Counted from the first letter of the stretch, positions 1 through 7,334 are shown. The stretch: 10,416 nucleotides of DNA from Candidatus Subterrananammoxibius californiae (GCA_030586555.1 JAURAC010000005.1:101102-111517); one strand, 5' to 3'. Translations and numbers: made by a program. Notes: generated by a model not told the origin, from the letters alone.

Positions 1-138
1 ACCCTCCCACCAGAGATAGGGCAATTGACTAACTTGACGGGACTTTATCTTTATAAAAGTGAACTGACCACCCTCCCACCAGAGATAGGGCAATTGACTA
101 ACTTGACGGAACTTAATCTTTATGACAATCCATTAGAA
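1..138 (+). repeat. 69-bp tandem repeat encoding LRR units
   Basis: Bases 1-40 are identical to 70-109 (ACCCTCCCACCAGAGATAGGGCAATTGACTAACTTGACGG). The period is 69 nt, or 23 aa. Confidence 0.95.
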
Positions 139-2094
139 AGTCCGCCGCCAGAGATAATCGAACAGGGCGTTCCTGCTATAAAGGAATATCTTAATTCGCT
201 TAAAAAGAAGGGGGAAAGAAAGGTTTACGAGGCTAAACTGCTTATTGTGGGTCAGGGCGGCGTGGGGAAGACGTGCTTATGCAATAGATTAATTTACAAT
301 ACCTACAATGATAGAGAGCCGGCTACCAGGGGAATTTCTTTTTTAAAAAGTAAACTTACGAGGTGGATAACATCCAAAAATGAAGACCCTTCGACTGAAA
401 GAACAGAGATTGCTAAATGGTCGTTACCCACGCCTGGCGGAGCTCAAACCCACGTTAAGATGAACGTCTGGGACTTTGGGGGACAGGAGATTTATCACGC
501 TACGCATCAATTCTTTTTGACCAAGCGTTCAGCCTATTTACTTGTTTGGGATACAAGGCAGGAAGATGAGTACGGGCGTCTGGACTACTGGTTGAATACC
601 ATTGAGACCCAGGGGGGAGACAGCCCGATAATACTTGTCTTGAATAGATGTGATGAGTGTGTGTCAAATATTAATTACAAAGATTATGAGGAAAGGTTTC
701 CGCAGATAAAAGGATCTTACCGCGTGAGCTGTAAATATCCAGAAAAGGGTCCCGATACATTCGAAAAATTAAAGGATGAAATTGGCAAAAATGTGATGAA
801 ATTGCCATTAGTAGGGACGTCATGGCCCATGTCATGGTGGGAGGTCAGGGAAACCCTTGAGGCTGAAAAAAGGAAACAAATAGATTACTCAGTGTACCTT
901 AACATCTGTTTTAAAAAGGGTGTAGAGAAAGAACAAACCAGTATGTTAAGTACCTACCTGCATGACCTTGGGGTCGTGCTTCACTTTCAAGAAGACCCTC
1001 TCTTGAGGGATACCATGATTCTCGACCCAGAATGGGCTACCAGAGCGGTCTATAAGGTGCTGGATGCGCCAAAGCCGAGGGATAGAGGGGGTATTTTGTT
1101 AGAGAATGATCTGGATGAAATTTGGAAGGAGGAGGATGGTTATCCTCACAATAAACATCAAACATTATTAAGGTTAATGGTTAACTTTGAACTAGCTTTC
1201 CAGATGAGCGACACCAATAACTATATTGTGGCAGAACTCTTACTTGTGCAATCACCTGATATTAAGTGGGATAATACGGATAATTTAGTGTTTCAATATC
1301 ATTACGATTTTTTTATGCCTGCAGGCGTAATGCCCCGTTTTATTGTAAGGATTCATGAAGATATAGAAAGGACTAAGAATGGGGATTACTTATGCTGGCG
1401 AGAGGGTGCAGTGTTATGTTGGGAGGGCTCTCGTGCCTATGTAAGAGCAATTCCCGGGGAAAGAAGGATTGAGATAAGGGTCGTGGGAGATCGCAAAAGA
1501 GAGTTATTAGCCATTATCCGCAATGAGTTTAAGCATATAAACGAGAAATTCCATAAAATAGAGATTAGCCAGAAAATTCCCTGCCAATGTTCGCCTAATT
1601 GTGCCAAGTTGTTTGATTATGAGAGGCTTTGCATGATGGAAAAAGAAGGTATAGAAAAAGAGTTTTGTGAGGTAAACATAAAAGAGGTCAGTATCGAAAA
1701 ATTATTAGATGGGGTGGAAACAAAAGAAAAAAGAAGGGAGAGAGTTATGGGAAATATAATCAATATCGGTCAAGTGCACGGAATAGGAGTTGCCGAGGCT
1801 AAAGAAATTAATCAATTGTTTCTGCAGGTAGATTATGAGGTATTAGTGGGAGAACTTTCAGAGCTGGAGACTGCGCTAAAAGATAAGGCAGACAACGCAC
1901 CTAATAATAATGAGGAATATAAGAAAGCTTTTGATGCGGTGAAAAACGCTAAAGAAGCCGCAAAGAATAAGGATATAAAGGGCGTAAAAAAATGGCTGAA
2001 ACAAGCGGGCAAATTTGCTTATGAAGTGGCAAAGGAAATTCCTGCCATAGTGGCTGCCAAAGGCATCATCGAGATTTTTAAGGCTGTTTATTAG
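1..2094 (+). CDS. Roco-family protein (LRR - Roc GTPase - COR - C-terminal helical module); 5'-truncated by the window edge
   Basis: Frame 1 is open from base 1 (TLPPEIGQLTNL...), so the TTG at 25 is not the real start. It has 23-aa LRRs and the LRR cap 'NPLESPPPEII'. Roc motifs are G1 GQGGVGKT, G3 WDFGGQE..YHATHQFFLT, G4 NRCD and G5 VSCK. COR-type motifs are LHDLGVVLHF, ILDPEW and FMPAGVMPRFIVR. Confidence 0.92.
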   Translation, partial: TLPPEIGQLTNLTGLYLYKSELTTLPPEIGQLTNLTELNLYDNPLESPPPEIIEQGVPAIKEYLNSLKKKGERKVYEAKLLIVGQGGVGKTCLCNRLIYNTYNDREPATRGISFLKSKLTRWITSKNEDPSTERTEIAKWSLPTPGGAQTHVKMNVWDFGGQEIYHATHQFFLTKRSAYLLVWDTRQEDEYGRLDYWLNTIETQGGDSPIILVLNRCDECVSNINYKDYEERFPQIKGSYRVSCKYPEKGPDTFEKLKDEIGKNVMKLPLVGTSWPMSWWEVRETLEAEKRKQIDYSVYLNICFKKGVEKEQTSMLSTYLHDLGVVLHFQEDPLLRDTMILDPEWATRAVYKVLDAPKPRDRGGILLENDLDEIWKEEDGYPHNKHQTLLRLMVNFELAFQMSDTNNYIVAELLLVQSPDIKWDNTDNLVFQYHYDFFMPAGVMPRFIVRIHEDIERTKNGDYLCWREGAVLCWEGSRAYVRAIPGERRIEIRVVGDRKRELLAIIRNEFKHINEKFHKIEISQKIPCQCSPNCAKLFDYERLCMMEKEGIEKEFCEVNIKEVSIEKLLDGVETKEKRRERVMGNIINIGQVHGIGVAEAKEINQLFLQVDYEVLVGELSELETALKDKADNAPNNNEEYKKAFDAVKNAKEAAKNKDIKGVKKWLKQAGKFAYEVAKEIPAIVAAKGIIEIFKAVY

Positions 2095-2096
2095 GG

Positions 2097-2151
2097 GGGA
2101 CACATCCCATTTTTTCGATGAGCTATGAGCTAAAAAAATGGGATGTGTCCC
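2097..2151. repeat. Perfect 19-bp inverted repeat between convergent genes (REP-like element or bidirectional terminator)
   Basis: GGGACACATCCCATTTTTT (2097-2115) pairs with AAAAAATGGGATGTGTCCC (2133-2151). The 17-nt loop contains ATGAGCT twice. Confidence 0.85.
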
Positions 2152-2158
2152 TAAAGAA

Positions 2159-3955
2159 CTATTTCTGGCAAACGCATTCTGAAGAGAGGGCTTGCGAGAT
2201 GCGGCTCATATCGCGGTATACCGTTACCCCTTTGCAGCCACTATTGTAAGCAAGCAGAAAGACCCGCCGGACGTCATCCTTTGAGGTACTTCTTGAGAAA
2301 TTGACGGTCTTTGAAACTGCGCTGTCCACATACTTCTGGAAGGCTGACTGTATCTTTACGTGCCACTCCGCAGGGATGTCCCTTGCAATGACAAAGAGGC
2401 GCTTAATTTCATCGGGGATAGTATTTAGCCCTTGAATTGTCCCTCCATTTCGGGAAATCTCATCTATGAGGGCTTCCGAATAAAAGCCTTTCTTCTTTGC
2501 TATCTCCTCAAACAAAGGATGTGTTTCTGGCAGTGAGCTATTGTCCAATATGTGGCGCACATAAGAGACTGCATACAGGGGCTCAATGCCGCTTGAACAG
2601 CCGGCTATAATGCTAATGGTGCCTGCCGGAGCAACGGTAGTTCGTGTGGCATTTCTATACCTCGGACAGCCGGCTTTATTGTATATGCTCTTTTCAAAAT
2701 TGGGAAAGACTCCCCGTTTTCTGGCAAGCTCAATGGATGCTTGATTAGCACGTTCGGCGAAGAATTTCATAAGTTTTTCAGCGACACTGATTGCCTCTTC
2801 AGAATCGTAAGGGATTCCCAATCTTATTAACATATCGGCAAAGCCCATGACCCCAAGCCCAACCTTCCTGTTTCCCTTAGTTATACGCTCTATCTGGGGC
2901 AATGGGAATTTATTCATATCAATAAGATTATCGAGGAAGTGCACCCCCACCTCAATTGTATCAGCCAACTTTTCCCAATCAACCTCGTAAATCCCCCTAA
3001 TATCCCCCTTTTGTAAAGGGGGATTAAGGGGGATTTTAACCATTTTTGAAAGATTGATTGAGCCAAGCACGCAGGATTCGTAAGGCAAGAGAGGCTGTTC
3101 GCCGCAGGGGTTTGTACCCTCAATCTGTCCGAGGGCTGGCGTGGGGTTTGCGGCGTTTATCCTGTCTAAGAATAATAGCCCTGGTTCGCCATTATCCCAT
3201 GCAGAATCTACTATCTGGTCAAACACCTCTCTGGTGCTAATCTTTTTAACTGGTTTTCCTGTATTTGGATTGATTAACTCATACTGACCGTCTTCCTCAA
3301 CGGCTTTCATGAAAGCATCCGTTACCCCAACGGAGATGTTGAAATTGATTAGTACACCCTCCTTACGTTTGGCGTTGATGAACTCAAGTATATCCGGATG
3401 GTCCACACGCAGGACAGCCATGTTTGCTCCGCGCCTGAATCCACCCTGGTTAATGGCTTCGGTTGCTTCATTAAAGACCTTCATGAACGAAATAGGGCCA
3501 CTTGCACGTCCACCAGAGGTGCTGACGAGGTCATTCTTGGGTCTTATTTTAGAAAAGGGAAACCCTGTGCCACCGCCGCTTTTATGGATGAGCGTGGCTT
3601 GCTTGATGGTCTCAAAAATCTGCTCAATGGAGTCTTCCACAGGCAAGACGAAGCATGCCGCAAGCTGCTGCATCTCCCTGCCAGCATTCATAAGGGCAGG
3701 GGAGTTTGGCAAAAATTCCAGGTTTGATAGGAGCTTATAGAATTTCTCTTCCACAGCCTTTATATCGGCATTTTTGTCATAAAGTGCGTCAGCCTGTGCG
3801 ATGTTCCGAGCAACACGCCTGAACAGGTCCTCAGGAGACTCTATAACCTCTCCAGACGTATTCTTTTTGAGGTATCTGCGTTCCAGCACCAGCCTTGCAT
3901 TTGGCGTTAAGATTATGTGATTTTTTCTTTTTCTGGACATAGCGTAAACCATCAC
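2159..3955 (-). CDS. nrdJ: Adenosylcobalamin-dependent (class II) ribonucleotide reductase, short form with no evident ATP cone
   Basis: Motifs are [46 protein letters not shown] (radical Cys), [38 protein letters not shown] and KGVTVYRD, with a C-terminal CVC. It lies next to cobalamin genes and no nrdB is visible. The start could be 3955, 3952 or 3940. Confidence 0.92.
   Translation of the reverse strand: MMVYAMSRKRKNHIILTPNARLVLERRYLKKNTSGEVIESPEDLFRRVARNIAQADALYDKNADIKAVEEKFYKLLSNLEFLPNSPALMNAGREMQQLAACFVLPVEDSIEQIFETIKQATLIHKSGGGTGFPFSKIRPKNDLVSTSGGRASGPISFMKVFNEATEAINQGGFRRGANMAVLRVDHPDILEFINAKRKEGVLINFNISVGVTDAFMKAVEEDGQYELINPNTGKPVKKISTREVFDQIVDSAWDNGEPGLLFLDRINAANPTPALGQIEGTNPCGEQPLLPYESCVLGSINLSKMVKIPLNPPLQKGDIRGIYEVDWEKLADTIEVGVHFLDNLIDMNKFPLPQIERITKGNRKVGLGVMGFADMLIRLGIPYDSEEAISVAEKLMKFFAERANQASIELARKRGVFPNFEKSIYNKAGCPRYRNATRTTVAPAGTISIIAGCSSGIEPLYAVSYVRHILDNSSLPETHPLFEEIAKKKGFYSEALIDEISRNGGTIQGLNTIPDEIKRLFVIARDIPAEWHVKIQSAFQKYVDSAVSKTVNFSRSTSKDDVRRVFLLAYNSGCKGVTVYRDMSRISQALSSECVCQK
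2989..3036. repeat. 48-bp palindrome inside the nrdJ coding sequence
   Basis: The outer stem is AAATCCCCCT/AGGGGGATTT and the inner stem is ATCCCCCTTT-TGT-AAAGGGGGAT. It is read in frame as [16 protein letters not shown]. Confidence 0.9.
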
Positions 3956-3982
3956 TACAAGTATGTATATTTAATAAATTCT

Positions 3983-3998
3983 ATCCTATATATAGTAT
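3983..3998. promoter_or_regulatory. Candidate NrdR box
   Basis: The palindrome CTATATATAG (3986-3995) matches the NrdR core aCwAtATaTwG. It overlaps the predicted nrdJ -10 element. No clear second box is visible. Confidence 0.6.
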
Positions 3999-4022
3999 AC
4001 CCAATTTTTTCATTTTTTGCAA
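3994..4022 (-). promoter_or_regulatory. Sigma70-type promoter for nrdJ
   Basis: On the minus strand: TTGCAA (4022-4017), 17 bp, TATACT (3999-3994). Confidence 0.7.
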
Positions 4023-4047
4023 TCCAAATCTCTTTCTTAATTATGAA

Positions 4048-4076
4048 TTGAGAATAAGGTGTTAATTATTTATAAT
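4048..4076 (+). promoter_or_regulatory. Sigma70-type promoter for cobS-cobU
   Basis: TTGAGA (4048-4053), 17 bp, TATAAT (4071-4076). Confidence 0.75.
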
Positions 4077-4102
4077 CTTGTCATGCCAAAGGCGGATTCG
4101 CC

Positions 4103-4906
4103 ATGGCGAAAGTTCCTATGAAAGATTTTCTTTGTGCAATTAAATTTCTTACAATATTTCCCATTGACCCGAGGAATAAGATTATTCCGTTAAATATGGG
4201 CCTGACGATGGTCTGGTTCCCTGCGGTGGGATTGCTTATCGGGGCATTCCTTGTAGCAGTTTATTTCATATTAATGAAGTGGTTCCCATACTCTGTAGCA
4301 GACGCATTAGTTTTAATAGTCTATATAGCCATAACGGGCGGACTGCATCTTGACGGGCTTGCTGATAGCTGTGATGGTATCTTTGGCGGTTACGATAAGG
4401 AAAAGAGACTCGAAATAATGCGCCAGAGCACCATAGGGACGTTTGGTGTGCTTGGGCTTATTTGTATTGTTGGCATTAAATATGTATGCCTTCACAGCCT
4501 CATTTATGAAGGGGTGGCATGGACAAACTTGTTTGTCCGTGAGGGTAGTTTTTGGTTTTCGCAGAAGTGTGTAGCGCTCTTTCTCATGCCTGCCGTTGGA
4601 CGCTGGACACAGGTACTCGCCTCTGCCTTGAGCACCTATGCCCGCAACGAAGAAGGAGCGGGAAAGGTTTTTGTTGACAATGTGCGTCTGAGACACGCCA
4701 TTTATTCTGTCCTATTTCCCCTCGTTCCATTATGGTTTTTTTGCAGAATAAATGGACTGATAACTTTTGCCATCGTTATTTTTATTGCATTACTAATTAT
4801 ACGATATTTAAAAGGCAAAATTGGCGGGATGACGGGCGATACCCTTGGGGCAGTTAATGAGATAAGTGAAGTGGTTTTTCTTTTGTGCTTTTTATCAATT
4901 AGGTAG
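4103..4906 (+). CDS. cobS: Adenosylcobinamide-GDP ribazoletransferase (cobalamin synthase)
   Basis: Polytopic membrane protein with FLT.FP, WFPAVGLLIG, TGGLHLDGLADSCDG, RLEIMR...GTFG and IGGMTGDTLGA..E. The true start may be the ATG at 4118 (MKDFLCAIKFLT). Confidence 0.95.
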   Translation: MAKVPMKDFLCAIKFLTIFPIDPRNKIIPLNMGLTMVWFPAVGLLIGAFLVAVYFILMKWFPYSVADALVLIVYIAITGGLHLDGLADSCDGIFGGYDKEKRLEIMRQSTIGTFGVLGLICIVGIKYVCLHSLIYEGVAWTNLFVREGSFWFSQKCVALFLMPAVGRWTQVLASALSTYARNEEGAGKVFVDNVRLRHAIYSVLFPLVPLWFFCRINGLITFAIVIFIALLIIRYLKGKIGGMTGDTLGAVNEISEVVFLLCFLSIR

Positions 4907-4959
4907 ACAACGAGGGTTATCCTCGTTGAAATCAACGGACATAAAGTCCGTTGTCTACC
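4902..4959. repeat. GTAG-type REP doublet (REPIN-like), copy 1
   Basis: GGTAGA-CAACGAGG-GTTAT-CCTCGTTG-AAAT-CAACGGAC-ATAAA-GTCCGTTG-TCTACC. It is 54/58 identical to the reverse complement of 9323-9380. Confidence 0.9.
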
Positions 4960-4990
4960 AGTATGTTCACATGGATAAAATAATTAACTT

Positions 4991-5500
4991 ATGGCAAAAA
5001 TAATATTCGTACTCGGCGGGGCAAGGAGCGGTAAATCAGCCTTCGCAGTGGAAATAGCAAAAAATTATAAGAGGGTTGCATACATAGCGACCGCTCAGGC
5101 GTTAGATGATGAAATGGCTGAAAGGATAAGGATTCATAAGGCGTCAAGACCTAACGGCTGGCAGGTTATCGAATCTCCTTTGGATGCGGATGGTGTTATA
5201 AAGGATTTGGATGGAAAGGTTGATTTTGTATTGTTTGATTGCATTACGCTTTATTTAACAAACCTTATTTCCAGAGAGGAAGTGGACATCTTTAAAAAGG
5301 TGGAGAACCTCTGTAAGGCTTGTCGAGAGACATCCGCTGATGTTGTAATAGTCTCAAACGAGGTTGGTCTCGGTATTGTACCTGAAAACACACTCTCGAG
5401 GAGATTTCGCGACCTTGCAGGGAAGGCAAATCAGATTATTGCGAAGGAGGCGGACGAGGTATATTTCCTCGTCGCCGGGATTGCGCAAAAAATCAAATAA
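4991..5500 (+). CDS. cobU: Bifunctional adenosylcobinamide kinase / adenosylcobinamide-phosphate guanylyltransferase
   Basis: Motifs are GGARSGKS (P-loop), YIATA, DDEMAERIRIH...RP..W, DCITLYLTN, VSNEVGLGIVP, RRFRDLAGKANQ and VAGI. Confidence 0.96.
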   Translation: MAKIIFVLGGARSGKSAFAVEIAKNYKRVAYIATAQALDDEMAERIRIHKASRPNGWQVIESPLDADGVIKDLDGKVDFVLFDCITLYLTNLISREEVDIFKKVENLCKACRETSADVVIVSNEVGLGIVPENTLSRRFRDLAGKANQIIAKEADEVYFLVAGIAQKIK

Positions 5501-5502
5501 AC

Positions 5503-5560
5503 AGGAAAATAAGAAGTTGAGAAGATAGGAAGTTCCATCTTCCTAACTTCTTATCTTCCT
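5503..5560. repeat. Inverted arrays of degenerate 8-mers between convergent genes (probable bidirectional hairpin or terminator)
   Basis: AGGAAAAT AAGAAGTT GAGAAGAT AGGAAGTT cc ATCTTCCT AACTTCTT ATCTTCCT. The right-hand units are reverse complements of the left-hand unit type. Confidence 0.75.
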
Positions 5561-5570
5561 TAAGGTTTTA

Positions 5571-6305
5571 CTATGGACTAACTGCGGTAGCCCCAACGGT
5601 ATCACCAGTACCGAGGGTATCCTTCTTAAGTTCTGATGTGTCACCATATCCATACATGGTAAGGTCTTCGTCAACGGTATCATAGAGGTCGTCAAGACCT
5701 ACCCAGTGGCCAAACTCGTGGGTAGCTATGTTCTGAACATCAAATGTGTTGCTTACCCCGCCGCAATCGGTTAAATAAGGTGTGAATGACCATTTGTAGT
5801 TTTTGTTAAAGATTGTATCCACCTCCACCAATTGACCTGTGTCAGTGCGGTACCAGGCAAAAGCAATGGCAATGGCTGAACGGAGTCCCTGCCATGCAAT
5901 AATATTCTTTCCGTCCCGTTTTGCGGCTTTAATTGCAGTGTTTCCCCCATAAGTAAATATTTTGGTTGGACTGGCTGTAGTCCAGGCAGAGAAGGCGTTC
6001 TCGATAGCCGTTAGAGCATTGCTTGACCCTACCGTCTTTGGCACACTATTAACATTTACATAATACTTTACCCCACCTGTGGGCATATGCCATCCTGCTA
6101 AGCCGTAATCCGAGACGGTATCGTTGGTTGTCACAGTGCAGGTTTCAGCGCGAGATTTTTTTGGAAGAGGGTGATGGATGAATACCCGTACTTTTTCACG
6201 TCCGCCTGAGCACTCTGCAGCCCCATTGGCATTTACTTTACCATCAATTAAAGTCGAAAGACAAAAAGCAAACAGCAATACAAATAGCATATGCATGCTT
6301 CGCAT
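5571..6305 (-). CDS. Secreted matrixin (M10)-like zinc metalloprotease (metzincin)
   Basis: It has a hydrophobic signal peptide, 'EVDTIFN..YKW', 'FDVQNIATHEFGHWVGLDD' (HExxHxxGxxD) and the Met-turn 'LTMYGY'. The start is placed at ATG 6305 because AAGGAG lies just upstream; the ORF track starts at TTG 6326. Confidence 0.85.
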   Translation of the reverse strand: MRSMHMLFVLLFAFCLSTLIDGKVNANGAAECSGGREKVRVFIHHPLPKKSRAETCTVTTNDTVSDYGLAGWHMPTGGVKYYVNVNSVPKTVGSSNALTAIENAFSAWTTASPTKIFTYGGNTAIKAAKRDGKNIIAWQGLRSAIAIAFAWYRTDTGQLVEVDTIFNKNYKWSFTPYLTDCGGVSNTFDVQNIATHEFGHWVGLDDLYDTVDEDLTMYGYGDTSELKKDTLGTGDTVGATAVSP

Positions 6306-6351
6306 GGCTTTACTCTCCTTTTTCAAGATTATTATAAAATCGGATTATGCA

Positions 6352-6379
6352 ATCATATCACATTTTGCGTAATTGTCAA
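6352..6379 (-). promoter_or_regulatory. Sigma70-type promoter for the metalloprotease
   Basis: On the minus strand: TTGACA (6379-6374), 16 bp, TATGAT (6357-6352), with a TGn extended -10. Confidence 0.65.
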
Positions 6380-6396
6380 CCCTAATTCAGTCCCTG

Positions 6397-6428
6397 TAAC
6401 TCTTGAACTCTTAAACTCTGGAACCCCT
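6397..6428. repeat. Four degenerate 8-mer tandem repeats directly after the xerC stop
   Basis: TAACTCTT GAACTCTT AAACTCTG GAACCCCT. Confidence 0.75.
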
Positions 6429-7330
6429 TATGCCCTCGGATGGGCATTGTTATAAACCTGTTTAAGCCTTTCGGTTGTGACATGCGTATAAATCTGGGTT
6501 GTAGAGAGGTGGGCATGGCCAAGAAGCTCCTGCACAGCGCGAAGGTCTGCGCCTTTGTCAAGCAGGTGTGTAGCAAAACTGTGCCTGAGCGAATGGGGCG
6601 AAGACTCTTGTTGTAAACCTGCAATCTTTAAATACTTCCCTAACATACGTGCAACGCTTCTCGTTGTGAGCCGTCCGCCATATTTATTTAAGAACAAGGC
6701 ATCCTCTAAACTCTGAACTCTGAACTCTGAACTCCGAACTCTGAGTGCCTTGGCGTTCATATAAAGCTGGATGGCATTTATTGCAAAGCTGCCAATAGGG
6801 GCAAGGCGTTCCTTTTTTCCTTTTCCTCTGACCTTGATGACCCTTGCATGTATATCAACATCCTCATTATTTAAACCTACAAGTTCGCTTACCCTTATGC
6901 CGCTGCTGTATAGAGTTTCGAGAATTGCCTTATCCCTCACACCCCCGAATGTTTTTTCATCCGGTGCATTAAGAAGCCTTTCCATTTCGTTGATATTAAG
7001 GAAATGTGGTAGTTTCTTTTCGTGGCGTGGTGTGCGCACCGCCTTTGCTGGATTGTATTCCACGATTTCCCTCTGACAAAGGAATTTGTAAAAAGAACGG
7101 AGCGAGGCAAGCTTGCGGGCAATTGTCCTTTTTGAATATCCCTGGTCTCTCAGGAATGCAAGAAACTTTCTCAAAAATAAATGATTTACATCCTCAAGGT
7201 TGCCGCATTTTTCGGATTTCATGAATAAAAGAAACTGCCTCAGGTCTATTTTATATGCCCTGAGCGTGTGTTGTGATGAGTTGCTTTTATGTTCCAGTTC
7301 TTTAAAAAAGTTTTCTAAATTGGTGTCCAT
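6428..7330 (-). CDS. xerC: Tyrosine recombinase, XerC/XerD family
   Basis: 300 aa. The N-terminal domain has S.HTLRAY..DL and TIARKLASLRSFYKFL. The catalytic motifs are SSGIRVSEL, GKGKKER, HSLRHSFATHLL and QELLGH..LSTTQIYT, ending AHPRA. xerC versus xerD is a judgement call. Confidence 0.88.
   Translation of the reverse strand: MDTNLENFFKELEHKSNSSQHTLRAYKIDLRQFLLFMKSEKCGNLEDVNHLFLRKFLAFLRDQGYSKRTIARKLASLRSFYKFLCQREIVEYNPAKAVRTPRHEKKLPHFLNINEMERLLNAPDEKTFGGVRDKAILETLYSSGIRVSELVGLNNEDVDIHARVIKVRGKGKKERLAPIGSFAINAIQLYMNAKALRVRSSEFRVQSLEDALFLNKYGGRLTTRSVARMLGKYLKIAGLQQESSPHSLRHSFATHLLDKGADLRAVQELLGHAHLSTTQIYTHVTTERLKQVYNNAHPRA
6704..6745. repeat. Six tandem 7-mers inside xerC
   Basis: CTCTAAA CTCTGAA CTCTGAA CTCTGAA CTCCGAA CTCTGAG = 42 bp, translated as LRVRSSEFRVQSLE. 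Confidence 0.92.
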
Positions 7331-7334
7331 AATC

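Noticed and set aside
1..138. LRR repeats as a DGR template/variable pair or a CRISPR array
   Set aside because: The differences are not restricted to adenines of one copy, no reverse transcriptase is in the window, and the repeats are in-frame coding units without unique spacers.
2989..3036. nrdJ insertion as an intein or intron
   Set aside because: It is only about 16 codons long, has no intein Cys/Ser...His-Asn ends, and is far too short for a self-splicing intron.
2914..3740. Alternative ORFs 2914-3123, 3058-3240, 3309-3740 and 3398-3727
   Set aside because: They are shadow or antisense frames of nrdJ with no recognisable motifs.
3956..4102. Cobalamin riboswitch upstream of nrdJ or cobS
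   Set aside because: The spacer is short, AT-rich and filled by two promoters, and no B12-box motifs are visible.
4313..4935. Minus-strand ORFs 4313-4696 and 4702-4935 (and likewise 1876-2103)
   Set aside because: They are antisense to well-supported genes (cobS, Roco) and have no independent evidence.
6428..7330. Recombinase as a prophage, integron or island integrase
   Set aside because: Its length and motifs are typical of housekeeping XerC/D, it is co-oriented with tmk, it lacks an IntI-type patch, and no att site, tRNA or phage genes are visible.
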